64,000 nt of DNA from Verrucomicrobiia bacterium (GCA_035577545.1 DATLVI010000013.1:67778-131777); one strand, 5' to 3'; counted from the first letter of the stretch, positions 9,454 to 20,102 are shown. Translations and numbers: made by a program. Notes: a model not told the origin generated them from the sequence alone.

Positions 9454-10575
9454 TTACGGCTGCGGGAACTTCTTGTTGAGAAACCGGCCGTTCTTCTGAA
9501 TCAATTCACCATCGACGTAGAGCTCGCCGCCTTTTCGGAGGTCACAGACCATGTCCCAGTGCAGGCCGCTGCGGTTCTTGTTGCCGGTCTCGGTGTAACC
9601 CGCGCCGAGTGCGAGGTGGATCGTGCCGCCGATCTTTTCGTCGAATAATGTGTTCTTGGTGTAGCGCGTCACGTTGTAATTCGTCCCGATGGCGCCCTCG
9701 CCGAGGTAACATGAGCCGCTGTCCATATTGATCATCGCTCGCAAGAAATCCTGCCCTTTTTCGGCCTCGGCTTTCACGACCTTGCCGCGCTCAAAGGTCA
9801 GTCGCGCGCCGTGCACTTCGCGTCCACCGTGGACCGCCGGGAAACTGAACTTCACGTGGCCTTCGACGCTGTTCTCGACCGGCCCGGTAAAGACCTCGCC
9901 GTCGGGGAAATTGTAGTGACCGTCACAGTTGATCCACTTGCGGCCTTTGCAGGAGTAACGGATGTCCGTGTCTTCCGCGACGATGCGGACCTCATGCGAT
10001 TTGTTGAGAAAATTGGTGAGGGCTTGCTGGTCCTTCGAGATGCGCTTCCATGCGGCGATCGGATCGCGGTCGTCGAGATGACCCGCGCCGAACACGAACT
10101 CCTCGTATTCCGTCAACGACATCTCCGCGTCCTGCGCGCTGGCGTTGCACGGCCACTGCGTGCCGACCCAGCGCAACGCGCCGCTCGCGCTGCGGTCCAT
10201 GTATATCTTATTGATCGGTTTGCGCGCGGAAGACGCCGCCGCTAGCAACTTCGGGTCAACATTGGTGAGCGCCTTCGTGTTCTCCTCGGCCCAGAAGCTG
10301 ATGAGGGCGTCGATCTTCTGAAACTTGAACTTCGCGAAGGGCGACACCCACTTGAGCTGATCCCGGTTCGCTTCGGCGTAGAAGATCTCGGCCATGCCGT
10401 CAATGCGCACATCGGTCGTCACAAACGCGCCACGGCGCAGTGCTGCCCGGTAGCATTCGCGCATGAGCGGGGCAGTGGACGCATCGCCCTGGATGGCGAC
10501 GACGTCGCCGGGTTTCAACGCGACGGAGTATTCCGTCAGCAAGCGGGCAAGTTTTTCGTGACGTGGATCTTTCAT
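9454..10575 (-). CDS. Aminopeptidase, M29 family (AmpS/PepS/aminopeptidase T-like)
   Basis: The ORF extends to 10794, but the Met at ~10575 (MKDPRHEKLARLLTEYSV..) gives a typical ~373-aa M29 protein. This start also removes the overlap with the upstream lipoprotein gene. Conserved M29-like segments are FERGKVV and HLALG. Confidence 0.7.
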   Translation of the reverse strand: MKDPRHEKLARLLTEYSVALKPGDVVAIQGDASTAPLMRECYRAALRRGAFVTTDVRIDGMAEIFYAEANRDQLKWVSPFAKFKFQKIDALISFWAEENTKALTNVDPKLLAAASSARKPINKIYMDRSASGALRWVGTQWPCNASAQDAEMSLTEYEEFVFGAGHLDDRDPIAAWKRISKDQQALTNFLNKSHEVRIVAEDTDIRYSCKGRKWINCDGHYNFPDGEVFTGPVENSVEGHVKFSFPAVHGGREVHGARLTFERGKVVKAEAEKGQDFLRAMINMDSGSCYLGEGAIGTNYNVTRYTKNTLFDEKIGGTIHLALGAGYTETGNKNRSGLHWDMVCDLRKGGELYVDGELIQKNGRFLNKKFPQP

Positions 10576-10592
10576 GGTGTCATTTCGATTAG

Positions 10593-11204
10593 TTAGTGAC
10601 TCGACGGTTCTTTGCCGGGAGCGGACACATGGCGTTTGAGAAGATAAAGATGATTGATGGGAAACGCTTTGGCGTCGCTTCCGTAAGTAGTGAGGAAATT
10701 CTCCCAATCCGCCGGCGTTGCGGTGAAGAGCATCCAGTTCTTTTCCTCGGCCCGGGTCAAGTACGGCAGCAATGCCTTTCCCTCGCCGAGGCAAACGGTA
10801 AGCCAGTCATAATCAAGGGGCAGGAACGCAAGTGTATCTTCGTTTGTCTCGATTTTGGTGATCACATGGACGCCGCGCAGGTGCTGCGCCAGGTACGAAG
10901 GCAATTTTGGGCCATCGCCCACATCATCGGCGGCCGAGTCGCAGAACAGGCGTTCTCCGACCTTGAAGAAAGTTACCCGGATCTTGGAGGACGGGGTCGC
11001 GGAATCGTAGGCCACAAGCTCGTTGCCTGAGATGCGCCAAGGTGGGAGATTAGTGGCCGCCTTGTCACCCCAGATCGTGACCGCATCCCACTCTCCGTTT
11101 AGCCCGGGTAGCGCGACTTTGGATTTGTCTGTGTAGAACGGATGGAAAGATTGCACGAGGCAGCCGGATAGGAAGACGAGAAGAACTGGAAGCGCTCGTT
11201 TCAT
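10593..11204 (-). CDS. Lipoprotein, hypothetical
   Basis: 203 aa. Signal peptide with a lipobox-like LSGC: MKRALPVLLVFLSGCLVQS. Confidence 0.5.
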   Translation of the reverse strand: MKRALPVLLVFLSGCLVQSFHPFYTDKSKVALPGLNGEWDAVTIWGDKAATNLPPWRISGNELVAYDSATPSSKIRVTFFKVGERLFCDSAADDVGDGPKLPSYLAQHLRGVHVITKIETNEDTLAFLPLDYDWLTVCLGEGKALLPYLTRAEEKNWMLFTATPADWENFLTTYGSDAKAFPINHLYLLKRHVSAPGKEPSSH

Positions 11205-11364
11205 GACTGTTCAACCTCCTTCGTTGATTCCCCTTCAACTTAGGCACGCCGCGGTGTTATCGCAACACAAAAGACGCGTGGCTGCAAGTTGTTAGGCATG
11301 TCGTGGCGGCATAGGGAATGCTTGTTGTTAATGAGAACGAGCAGCGAAATGGAGGCCGACGACT

Positions 11365-12177
11365 GTGTATTTGGAGTACTACAATCTGCGGGAAGCGCCG
11401 TTTAATATCACTCCGGACCCGCGTTTTCTTTTCTTCAGCGCGAAGCACCAGGAGGCGTTCAACCACCTCCTGTTCGGCATTCGCGAGCGGAAAGGCTTCA
11501 TCGAGCTGACCGGCGAAGTCGGCGCGGGCAAGACAACGATTTGCCGGAAGCTGCTCGAAGAACTCGGCCCGACCTACAAAACCGCGCTCATCCTCAATCC
11601 GTGCCTGAGCAGTCATCAGTTGATCAAGACCGTCGCAATGGAGTTCGGCCTCAAGGCGCGGGGGATCGACCGCGTGGCTTATCTGCAGGCAATCAATGAC
11701 TTTGTGCTCGTCGAGGTCAACCAGGGCCACGATGTGGTCCTGATCATCGACGAAGCACAGAATCTGACGGATGAATTACTCGAACAGGTCCGGCTCCTCT
11801 CCAACCTCGAGACCGATCGCCAAAAGCTGATGCAAATCGTCCTGATGGGGCAACCCGAGCTTCGCGAGAAATTGCAGCAGCCAAAACTGCGGCAACTCCG
11901 CCAGCGCATCACCGTGCGCTATCACCTCCGACCGCTCGACGCGACGGAGACAGCCAGTTACATCAATCATCGCCTCACACTCGCCGGCGCCAACGGCACA
12001 CCGCGTTTCGATGAAGGCGCAGCCCGATTGGTCTTCAAGTATTCGGAAGGCATCCCGCGGCTGATCAATGCCGTCTGTGACAAGACCCTGCTGGCGGGCT
12101 TTGTGATGCAGACTGGCTTGATGACCCGGAAACTCGTGGACCTGGCGATCGATGAACTTCAAGGAGTAGCGGCGTGA
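11365..12177 (+). CDS. exeA: ExeA/GspA-like AAA+ ATPase (type II secretion/MSHA-associated family)
   Basis: 270 aa. Walker A GEVGAGKTT and Walker B VLIIDEAQNL. Typical ExeA N-terminus: FGLREAPFNITPDPRFLF. Confidence 0.7.
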   Translation: MYLEYYNLREAPFNITPDPRFLFFSAKHQEAFNHLLFGIRERKGFIELTGEVGAGKTTICRKLLEELGPTYKTALILNPCLSSHQLIKTVAMEFGLKARGIDRVAYLQAINDFVLVEVNQGHDVVLIIDEAQNLTDELLEQVRLLSNLETDRQKLMQIVLMGQPELREKLQQPKLRQLRQRITVRYHLRPLDATETASYINHRLTLAGANGTPRFDEGAARLVFKYSEGIPRLINAVCDKTLLAGFVMQTGLMTRKLVDLAIDELQGVAA

Positions 12178-12806
12178 GCTTGATCAACGAAGCCCTGAAG
12201 CGAACCCGCGACGCGGCGTCCACCGCGGCTGCGCTGTCCCCTGTCCCCGCGAGTTATCGCATCGAGAGTAAAGTTGAGTCGAGCGGCGCGAAAGGCAATT
12301 TTCTGGTTACGATCCTGGTCTCTGGCGTGATCCTTGTGACTGTCATTGTACTGGGGTCCCGCATTGCCGAACACGTACAAAATGTACAGGATGGTTTCGC
12401 TTCGAATTCGGATGCTCCCGTGGTGGAAAGGAAACCGACCCTGCGCGCGATCAAGCCGGCGACAGAGCCCGCGCCCATGCCGGAAGTATCACCAAGAGCT
12501 GAGATGACTCCGCCGTCCGCGCTCGCAACGACGACCGACACGAAGACTGCTGAGGACCAAATCGTCAACAAGCTCATGGAGCGGATCAAGGCTGAGCAAG
12601 TGGTGGCCTCCAAGAGCGGGCCTGCTGATCTGCCGAAGCTTGTTCTTCAGGGAATCACCTACGCGAAAGATGGCAGCGAGGCGATGATCAACAACCAGAC
12701 CGTTCGTGAAGGCGACGACATCGAGGGCGCCCGCGTGGTCACGATTGAAAACCGCCGCGTGAAACTCGACCTCAACGGACGCGAAATCACGCTACGCCTG
12801 CCGTAG
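12174..12806 (+). CDS. GspB/ExeB-like bitopic membrane partner of ExeA
   Basis: GTG start overlaps the exeA TGA stop (GTGA), implying translational coupling. Single TM helix (FLVTILVSGVILVTVIVLG). C-terminal domain with GITYAKDGSEAMINNQTVREGDDIEGARVVTIE, similar to the GspB C-terminal domain. Confidence 0.5.
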   Translation: MSLINEALKRTRDAASTAAALSPVPASYRIESKVESSGAKGNFLVTILVSGVILVTVIVLGSRIAEHVQNVQDGFASNSDAPVVERKPTLRAIKPATEPAPMPEVSPRAEMTPPSALATTTDTKTAEDQIVNKLMERIKAEQVVASKSGPADLPKLVLQGITYAKDGSEAMINNQTVREGDDIEGARVVTIENRRVKLDLNGREITLRLP

Positions 12807-12889
12807 TCACTCTTCCGGCCGTCTCCCAAGTATCTCTCTCGCGGTTTCTCTGGCAAACGCCGCACCGCCTCCCTATATTCGCTGCGAAG

Positions 12890-13084
12890 ATGAAACTTTT
12901 CCAATGGGGCTTGTTGCTACGCTATATGGTGTATGGCGTCTTGCCCCTCGTCATCGGCTTCATTTTCGTGGAGCGGCGGGTCGGCGAAGGCGCGGCGGGA
13001 TATTTTTTCGTAGTGCTGGCGCTGGCGCTGCCGTTCGTCGCCGTTGGCTGGCTTGGCTGGCAGCATTTTCGTCATCGAAGGTAA
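12890..13084 (+). CDS. Small membrane protein (2 TM), hypothetical
   Basis: 64-aa ORF with two hydrophobic helices, in the gap before the malic enzyme gene. Weak evidence. Confidence 0.2.
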   Translation: MKLFQWGLLLRYMVYGVLPLVIGFIFVERRVGEGAAGYFFVVLALALPFVAVGWLGWQHFRHRR

Positions 13085-13096
13085 AAGTAGGTTGCG

Positions 13097-14533
13097 GTGA
13101 AAGGACAGGGACCCATGGCCCGGATTGCTACGAGTGTCAGCTACAGTTTTACGATGCGCCTGCGCATCGTGAATAACCTGGGGATGTTCGCGAAGCTCTT
13201 GCACGTGATCGCGCGGCTGCAAGGCGATCCCGGCGCAGTGGACGTGGTGCGCGCGGACCGCAAATTCAAGGTGCGCGATCTCACGGTCAACGCCCGCGAT
13301 GACGAACACGCCCAGGCCATCATCGAGGCGGTCAAACGCATCAAGGGCATCACGGTCATCAACGTCTCCGACCGCGTGTTCCTGATGCATCTTGGCGGCA
13401 AGATCCGCATCCAGAACAAAATCCCGCTGACCACGCGTGACGCGCTCTCGATGGCCTACACGCCCGGCGTTGCGCGCGTGTGCCTGGCCATCGCCGAAGA
13501 TAAACGCAAAGCCAGCACACTCACGATTAAACATAATTCCGTCGCCGTCGTCAGCGATGGTTCCGCCGTCCTCGGCCTCGGCAACATCGGGCCGGAAGGC
13601 GCCATGCCCGTCATGGAGGGCAAGGCGATGCTCTTCAAGGAATTCGGCGATATCGATGCCTATCCGATCTGTCTTCAAACGCAGGACACGGAGGAAATCA
13701 TCAGCGCCGTGAAATGGATTTCCACTGGGTTCGGCGGGATCAACCTCGAAGACATCAGCGCGCCGCGCTGTTTCGAGATCGAGGACCGCCTCAAGGAAGA
13801 ACTCGATATCCCCGTGTTCCACGACGACCAGCACGGTACCGCCGTGGTTGTTCTCGCCGCCGCGCTGAACGCGCTGAAGGTGATCAAGAAGAAGATGAGC
13901 GAGATCAAAATCCTCATCGTTGGCGCGGGTGCCGCGGGCGTCGCCGTCACCAAAATGCTCCAGGCCGCCGGCGCTCGTCATATTATCTGTTGTGACCGCA
14001 AAGGCATCATCTGCCGCAAACGGCTTCCCGACCTTGATTTCAGCAAGACGTGGCTCGCGGAGCACACCAACGCGCGCAATGTCAGCGGTTCCGTTGAGGA
14101 TGCGGCGCGCGGGGCGCATATGTTCATCGGCGTCAGCGGTCCCGGCGTTTTCACCGTCAAGGCGCTTAAGAAGATGGCGAAGGACGCCATTGTGTTCGCG
14201 CTCGCCAACCCAACGCCCGAAATCATGCCCGAGGATGCCGAGCCGTACGCGCGAATCATCGCTACGGGCCGTAGTGACTACTCAAACCAGATCAACAATG
14301 TTCTCGCGTTCCCCGGCATCTTCCGCGGCGCGCTTGATGCCCGCGCAACCGCCATCACCGAACCGATGAAGCTTGCCGCAGCCAAGGCCATCGCCGGGTG
14401 CATTACTTCGGACGAACTCAGCGAGGAATACATCATCCCCAGCGTGTTCAACAAACAGGTCGTGCGACGCGTCGCCCGCGCCGTTGAGCAGGCCGCCTAC
14501 GCCAGCAACGTCGGGAAGAGGCCGAGGGCCTAG
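13097..14533 (+). CDS. NAD(P)-dependent malic enzyme with N-terminal ACT domain
   Basis: 478 aa. Malic enzyme signatures: YTPGVARVC, SDGSAVLGLGNIGP, VFHDDQHGTA, NAD-binding IVGAGAAGVA. The first 75 aa are ACT-like. The minus ORF 12917..14119 is its antisense shadow. Confidence 0.8.
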   Translation: MKGQGPMARIATSVSYSFTMRLRIVNNLGMFAKLLHVIARLQGDPGAVDVVRADRKFKVRDLTVNARDDEHAQAIIEAVKRIKGITVINVSDRVFLMHLGGKIRIQNKIPLTTRDALSMAYTPGVARVCLAIAEDKRKASTLTIKHNSVAVVSDGSAVLGLGNIGPEGAMPVMEGKAMLFKEFGDIDAYPICLQTQDTEEIISAVKWISTGFGGINLEDISAPRCFEIEDRLKEELDIPVFHDDQHGTAVVVLAAALNALKVIKKKMSEIKILIVGAGAAGVAVTKMLQAAGARHIICCDRKGIICRKRLPDLDFSKTWLAEHTNARNVSGSVEDAARGAHMFIGVSGPGVFTVKALKKMAKDAIVFALANPTPEIMPEDAEPYARIIATGRSDYSNQINNVLAFPGIFRGALDARATAITEPMKLAAAKAIAGCITSDELSEEYIIPSVFNKQVVRRVARAVEQAAYASNVGKRPRA

Positions 14534-16015
14534 TCAGTCCGGCTGTTGGGACTTCGCCAGATGGCGCGCTTGTCGCGGCGGCGCATGGGGTACCGCGACG
14601 CCGCGTGTGCGGTCGCTGTCACGTTGCAGTGTGCTCTGGATATCCTCCTGCGGTAGGTCGATTTTTTCTATGAGATAGCGTGCGACCAGGTCGCGAAGCC
14701 GTTGCAACGCGATGCTGTGTGTCTGCCTGGTCTGCGCATAAAGCCAATCTGAGAAACGGATGAACCCTTGAAACGGTGAGCCTTCACGCCAGAGCAGGGG
14801 AGTCGTTTCCACGAAATTGCCGCTGTTGCCAATGAGATCCCAGTAGCGGGCGAAGCGGCGCAGGCGTTGCATCGTGAAAAAATCGATCAGCTTGGTTTGT
14901 AGAATCTCGTAGGGTGGTTCGGGACTGTACACCATGCCCCATTCGCGGTCGTGGCGCACGATCGGCGTACCGCGCAGTCGTTTCAGTAGCCCGACTTGAA
15001 TCTCCTGCGGGCCGAGCGCAACCAGCCGGTCAAATCCCGCGGTAAAACTATTTACATCCTCGCCGGGCAGGCCGACGATCAGGTCCGCATGGACGTGTAC
15101 GCCGGTCTCGTCCCGAAGCCAGCGTAAATTCTCTTCGACTTTCGCGTTGTCCTGACGTCGACTGATGAGCTTGGCGACTTGTTCATTGAATGTCTGGATG
15201 CCAACCTCGAACTGCAGCGCTCCGGGCCGAAACTTTCGGATGGGCTCGCGCAACGCCTCCGGCAATCGGTCGGGAATCATCTCGAAGTGCACGAACAATC
15301 CCGGCTGATAGCGTTCGAGAAAGAACTCCAGGATGGCCGAACTGATCTTCAGGTTGAGGTTGAAGGTGCGATCCACGAATTTGAACTGTCGCACACCGCG
15401 GTCGAGCAGGCGCTGCATCGCCGCCAAAAAACTGTCGAGCGCCGCATTGCGCACCGGGATGTCGAGCGACGACAGGCAAAACTCGCACTCAAACGGGCAG
15501 CCACGCGACGCTTCCACATAAATGACGCGGTGAGCGATGTCGGTGTCCGTGTACAATTCATACGGCAACGCCAGCCGATCGAAATCGGGCAGGGGAGCGG
15601 GACGGATTTTCGACTGCGGTGCGTTCCCGGCCAGTGTTTGCCCGCACAGTTCGGCGAACGCCAGATCGGCCTCACCGGTGATGACGTGATCGGCCAGCCG
15701 GACGATTTCCTGCCGGTCGCATTCGTAGCTGACCTCAGGCCCGCCGAGAATGATTATTAACTCCGGCCGCAACCGCTTCAGATCCGCCACCACCTGCAGC
15801 GACTGGGTTGCGTTCCAGATGTACACACCGACGCCGACGATCTTCGGCTTATTCTGGAGAATCGCCTCAACGACGTCGATGGGTCGCTGATTGATGTCGA
15901 ACTCAAGAATCTGCGCCTGCGCTTGCAGTTCGCCCAGGTTCGCCATCAAATACCGCAACCCGAACGAGCAATGCGCGTACTTCGCGTTCAGCGTGGTGAG
16001 AATGATGTCCGGCAT
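14534..16015 (-). CDS. B12-binding domain radical SAM protein (DUF4080-type)
   Basis: 493 aa. N-terminal cobalamin-binding-like domain, then radical-SAM CxxxCxxC ([11 protein letters not shown]). Convergent with and abutting the malic enzyme gene. Confidence 0.7.
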   Translation of the reverse strand: MPDIILTTLNAKYAHCSFGLRYLMANLGELQAQAQILEFDINQRPIDVVEAILQNKPKIVGVGVYIWNATQSLQVVADLKRLRPELIIILGGPEVSYECDRQEIVRLADHVITGEADLAFAELCGQTLAGNAPQSKIRPAPLPDFDRLALPYELYTDTDIAHRVIYVEASRGCPFECEFCLSSLDIPVRNAALDSFLAAMQRLLDRGVRQFKFVDRTFNLNLKISSAILEFFLERYQPGLFVHFEMIPDRLPEALREPIRKFRPGALQFEVGIQTFNEQVAKLISRRQDNAKVEENLRWLRDETGVHVHADLIVGLPGEDVNSFTAGFDRLVALGPQEIQVGLLKRLRGTPIVRHDREWGMVYSPEPPYEILQTKLIDFFTMQRLRRFARYWDLIGNSGNFVETTPLLWREGSPFQGFIRFSDWLYAQTRQTHSIALQRLRDLVARYLIEKIDLPQEDIQSTLQRDSDRTRGVAVPHAPPRQARHLAKSQQPD

Positions 16016-16103
16016 GCTGGCGGCGAATTATGTACACACCAAGCCCTCGGAGCAACGCCCGAATCATTCTCTCACGGCAGAGAAACCCGCGCGAGCCCTT
16101 GCG

Positions 16104-16639
16104 CTATTTCTTCTCGAGGGGCGTGAATTTGAATTTCTGTCCGCCCACGCTGGCCTCAAACATCAACCCGCCCTTGGCGACGGTGAACACCACCACGCCC
16201 TGCTTGTACTTCGCATCGGCGGACGCGCTCTCGGCGGCGGCCACAGCGCTGACCCCGGCGCTCATAGCCCATTCGCTGCCCTTGAAGCTGTCCAGCGAGG
16301 GCTTGTCTTCAAAGAAGATCACCTCGGCGAATTTCTGGCCGCCCAATTGCGCGCCGATGGTAATTTGCGTCATCCGCGCGGTCCCGACCAGCGTTCCTTT
16401 CTCGAAAACCTGGCCGTTGCCGGCGGCGCCCCCGATGCCGACCGCACCCTTGCCGATGCCTGGAAATACCACGTAGCCATACGCCGTATCGAAGAGCTTC
16501 CCGATCGTCGAGTCGGTTTTCTTGAAGAGTTGGATGGCATCCTTGACTTCAGTATCCAGCGTGGGTTGTTGTTGATCATCTGCCGACGCCGCCATGGCGC
16601 CCGCGAGTACAACCACTGCAATCAGACCAGTCAATCGTA
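16104..16639 (-). CDS. SYLF (Ysc84-like, DUF500) lipid-binding domain protein, secreted
   Basis: Start at the internal Met MRKLRLTGLIAVVVLAGAMAASA (~16639), preceded by a strong RBS GGAGGGGGAACC. SYLF signature: GIGKGAVGIGGAAGNGQVF. Confidence 0.6.
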
Positions 16640-16913
16640 ACTTTCTCATGGTTCCCCCTCCATTGTGTTGGCCGCCGTTGATGGCGACCAATGATTGGGA
16701 GTGTAGCATAAAGGGCCGTCGGAAATCAAAGATTCCGATTGACCTTCTGGTTGCCGAGTTGCGCATGAAGGACGAATGGACACGAAACATTGTCGGTAGT
16801 GCTGCACGAGAATTGACGGATATGAGCTTGCGCATTTCGCTGCATACGTCTAATACTTCTGGCACACTGATTACACATGCACATCCGGAATTCACGAATC
16901 GGAGGATAGGCTC

Positions 16914-17870
16914 ATGAAAGTCAAGAATTTGAAATGTATTGCGGTCGCTTCACTGATGGCGATCGCCACGGCGTTCAACGCCAGCGCCTGGGACGGCATG
17001 GGGCATATGCTCGTCGCCCAGGTCGCCTACGACCGTCTCAATGACAAGGCCCGCGCCCGCGTGGACGAATTGGCCGCCAAGCTTCACAAAGGGGACGCGC
17101 CGTACAACGCCGTCAACATTGCCTGCTGGGCGGACGACATCAAAGGGCCGGCGGGCGACCCGCAGTTCCGCGGCCTGTACAAGCCATGGCACTACATCGA
17201 CATCGGCTGTTCGACAAATGATCCCGATGTGCTCTCGCATCCTCCCGCCTTGACCCCGACCAACGGTGACGTCCTCGTGGCGCTAACGCATTGCGTCGAT
17301 CTCATCCGCAACAAGCAGGCCGATGTGCTGGTGACGAACGAGTCCGTCGCACTCGCGATGGTCATCCACTTCGTGGGCGACATTCACCAGCCACTGCACA
17401 CGACCGCGCGCTACAATCCGGACGCGAAACCCGGCGATAGATTCAAGGATGATGCCGGCGGCAACGGCGTAACGGTGGCCAACCTCGGCGACGAGGCTTA
17501 TGGGAAGAATCTGCACTCGTTCTGGGACGAAGCCTATCGGCGTTACTACGAGAACGGCGAGGTCAAGACCCAGGATCCGCTGGACCATGCGCTGGCCCCG
17601 GACAGTCCGCCAATGAAGGAATGGCTCAAGAAGCTCCCCCTCGACATGCCCGAGAAGCCGGATACGAGCTATGACGTGAAGAAGTGGATCATGGAATCGC
17701 ACGAAATCGCCTGCACACAGGTCTATGGCACGCTTGGCGAACCGTACGGCGCCAAGAATATCAACTTGAAGGAAGAATACGTCAAGCAAGCCACGAAGAC
17801 CGCCCGCCAACGGATCGTTGTCGCGGGCTACCGTCTGGCTGCCCTGCTCAACGATCTCTACGGGAAATAG
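16914..17870 (+). CDS. S1/P1-family zinc nuclease, secreted
   Basis: 318 aa. Signal peptide, then the S1/P1 N-terminal signature WDGMGHMLVAQVAY and CWADDIKG. RBS GGAGGATAGG sits upstream. Confidence 0.7.
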   Translation: MKVKNLKCIAVASLMAIATAFNASAWDGMGHMLVAQVAYDRLNDKARARVDELAAKLHKGDAPYNAVNIACWADDIKGPAGDPQFRGLYKPWHYIDIGCSTNDPDVLSHPPALTPTNGDVLVALTHCVDLIRNKQADVLVTNESVALAMVIHFVGDIHQPLHTTARYNPDAKPGDRFKDDAGGNGVTVANLGDEAYGKNLHSFWDEAYRRYYENGEVKTQDPLDHALAPDSPPMKEWLKKLPLDMPEKPDTSYDVKKWIMESHEIACTQVYGTLGEPYGAKNINLKEEYVKQATKTARQRIVVAGYRLAALLNDLYGK

Positions 17871-17885
17871 GCCGAACGAGAACGT

Positions 17886-19340
17886 CTAGGGATGCGTGGG
17901 GATCAGAGTCACCGTGAAGATGTACGGTGACGCGGCGCTGTCCGCACTGGTGTTGGTATTGGGCACCGTGCTTTGGATTCCCCCGACGATGTAGCCGACC
18001 ACGATGGGGTCGCTTCCCAGCGTATCGTATCGCAATACGCCGTTACTGTATGTGGGCAACCCATCCGCGGGAATCAGTGTGGCCTCGGCCCCAAAGAGAA
18101 GCGGGTTGCCCGGATTGGACCCGGTGGACGGAATTACGGGATACTCGGAGTTTATCAAGCACTGCGAGAACACCCCGTCTCGATCGCCTTTGATGGCCGT
18201 TACCTGGTTGATGAATGGCAATTCGGGGTCCGTCTGAAATGCGCTGCCAACGAAAAAGCCGAAGCTGATACCGCCCATCAACACCGTGTACGAGTTGTGC
18301 TCTTTGCGCGAATAGAGTTCCAGTGTGGGACAGGTCCAATTGTTCATTCCTTGCTTGAACGTGTCGGCAGCCGATGGATTGGCCATCGTTGCAGTACCAT
18401 TCCGCTTGATTTCAACCGGAACCGTCCAAATCCCAAAGCTCTCGGTAAACGCGCCGGAAAAGGCCACAAAACCCTTGCGACCACGTTCAATGATCGGGAC
18501 GACATTGAGGTTTGCGCGGCGATAGTTCGAATCCGGGGGTCGGGGCACTGGCTTCTGGGCGACAAAGGAAAGGCTCGTCCCATTGTCGAGGATGCGGAAA
18601 CGGCGGACCTGCATGGTGTAGGTGCCGTCGGAGGTGATGTTGGCCCCTTCGAAGTCCTGCCCAAACACGAGAAGCGCATGGTGCGGGCGGGCCTCGATCA
18701 TGACCCCGCCGGTGACCTGAAAGATCGGGTCGAAGATTTGCCGGATATGTTGCGCGGCCGTTTCGTTGGTGGAAGGACCCGTTACCCAGTGCATCAGCCC
18801 GGGAACGTCAATGGCTGTCAGGGCCGCCTTGGTGGTGAAGTTGCTCGTGGAACTTTCAATGCCAAAACCGCCCGACATATAAAGGGTGTTTCCCGACTGG
18901 TACGACTGTGCGGCGGTCACGGACAAGAGATCGATTTGCGCCTGCGTCAGCCCGGAACCAGAGTTGGTGAGTGAACGAGTCGAAACCGTTTGGAGATTGG
19001 GATCGACGACAAAGATGGTCGTGTTCTGGGTGTTTGCCGGAAAGTTGCTCGAATTATTACTGAAATCGTGCAAGCCATTGATTCGTCCCGCCAGCAGGAG
19101 CCACTTACCGCCGTGCGTTCCCAGGACATAGGATTGCAAGGCGCTTGGCAAAGAGAAACCGGCCTGATCGATCTGGATGCGAAACGGCACGGCATTGCTG
19201 GAAAGGATTGGACTGACGGAAGCGGTTTGATTCTGGGCAATGACCAACGAGGTCCATCCCCATGCAATTCCTAAAACGAAATACCTGAGCCGCCCCGATA
19301 ATCTCTTCATAAGTCCTCCTTGATTAAGCGCTCGTGACAT
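17886..19340 (-). CDS. Secreted hypothetical protein (probable start at MKRLSG.., ~19310)
   Basis: 484-aa ORF. N-terminal signal/TM segment LRYFVLGIAWGWTSLVIAQN. Ser/Thr/Asn-rich, no recognisable catalytic motif. Confidence 0.45.
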   Translation of the reverse strand: MSRALNQGGLMKRLSGRLRYFVLGIAWGWTSLVIAQNQTASVSPILSSNAVPFRIQIDQAGFSLPSALQSYVLGTHGGKWLLLAGRINGLHDFSNNSSNFPANTQNTTIFVVDPNLQTVSTRSLTNSGSGLTQAQIDLLSVTAAQSYQSGNTLYMSGGFGIESSTSNFTTKAALTAIDVPGLMHWVTGPSTNETAAQHIRQIFDPIFQVTGGVMIEARPHHALLVFGQDFEGANITSDGTYTMQVRRFRILDNGTSLSFVAQKPVPRPPDSNYRRANLNVVPIIERGRKGFVAFSGAFTESFGIWTVPVEIKRNGTATMANPSAADTFKQGMNNWTCPTLELYSRKEHNSYTVLMGGISFGFFVGSAFQTDPELPFINQVTAIKGDRDGVFSQCLINSEYPVIPSTGSNPGNPLLFGAEATLIPADGLPTYSNGVLRYDTLGSDPIVVGYIVGGIQSTVPNTNTSADSAASPYIFTVTLIPTHP

Positions 19341-19399
19341 TAAATTGACAGTTGGCAGCGTGTCAACGTGGTTTCCACGCTTCTCAAGATGGAATGACG

Positions 19400-19431
19400 A
19401 AGACGCGCCCCGTTTGTCCGAGGCGCGTCTT
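19400..19431. terminator. GC-rich hairpin (10-bp stem AAGACGCGCC/GGCGCGTCTT, 12-nt loop), a candidate terminator or attenuator
   Basis: Perfect inverted repeat in the intergenic gap, downstream of the minus-strand gene ending at 19476. No clean U-tract follows, so confidence is low. Confidence 0.2.
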
Positions 19432-19475
19432 TGTTCCTGAAAATGGGCTGATCGGCGAAGCGCAACCCGGCTGCG

Positions 19476-19850
19476 TCACACTGTCTTCAACCGCTGACCG
19501 TGCCCGGTGATCTCCTCCAGCGCCTTGACAAGGACGATGACCGCTGGAGCAAGGGCGCACAGGATGTACATGATTCCGCCATCGAGCGCCGAGAGCACTG
19601 CCAGCGACACATTACAGAAGACAGCTTCACCCGCGAACGATAGCGGTAGGATTCCCAGCACGCTCAGCACCAGGTCGATCATCACCGCCACAATCCACGC
19701 GGCGAACATCGCCACGAACCAGGACGCCGCGATTCCTCCACTGCCCGCCGCTGCGAAAGCCGGAGCGGTCCAGGGCGATAACGTCACGAACAGGTGCGCG
19801 CAAGCCAGCACCATCACGAACAGCAAATAACCGAGCCGTACAATTCTCAT
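19476..19850 (-). CDS. Small integral membrane protein (3-4 TM), hypothetical
   Basis: 124 aa, strongly hydrophobic throughout. Distal to the kinase on the same strand. Confidence 0.4.
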   Translation of the reverse strand: MRIVRLGYLLFVMVLACAHLFVTLSPWTAPAFAAAGSGGIAASWFVAMFAAWIVAVMIDLVLSVLGILPLSFAGEAVFCNVSLAVLSALDGGIMYILCALAPAVIVLVKALEEITGHGQRLKTV

Positions 19851-20102
19851 GGCTTACCTCCACCAAAACGTAATCCAAATTGTCAATATGGCAAGGGCGT
19901 TGGTAGTGTCCTAATTTGGTGTTCGCCTGAGGAGCCAGCAGATGGCATGGACTAGTGCCCCAAGCAAGATGCCCCACAGAACTCTGGCCATTGGGATTCC
20001 AAAAGATTTTAACTGGTATCTCATACCAAACCGGCCAGAGCACGAAAACTAATGCAACAATTGTAAAACACAGAACCGGAATGGTTAGGGACTTCGATGG
20101 CT

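Noticed and set aside
12917-14119. 400-aa minus ORF
   Set aside because: Antisense to the well-supported malic enzyme. Composition is typical of GC-shadow frames.
15179-15760. 193-aa + ORF
   Set aside because: Antisense shadow of the B12-radical SAM gene.
17283-18974. Minus ORF 17283..17810 and + ORF 17973..18974
   Set aside because: Antisense shadows of the S1/P1 nuclease and of the secreted protein 17886..19340, respectively.
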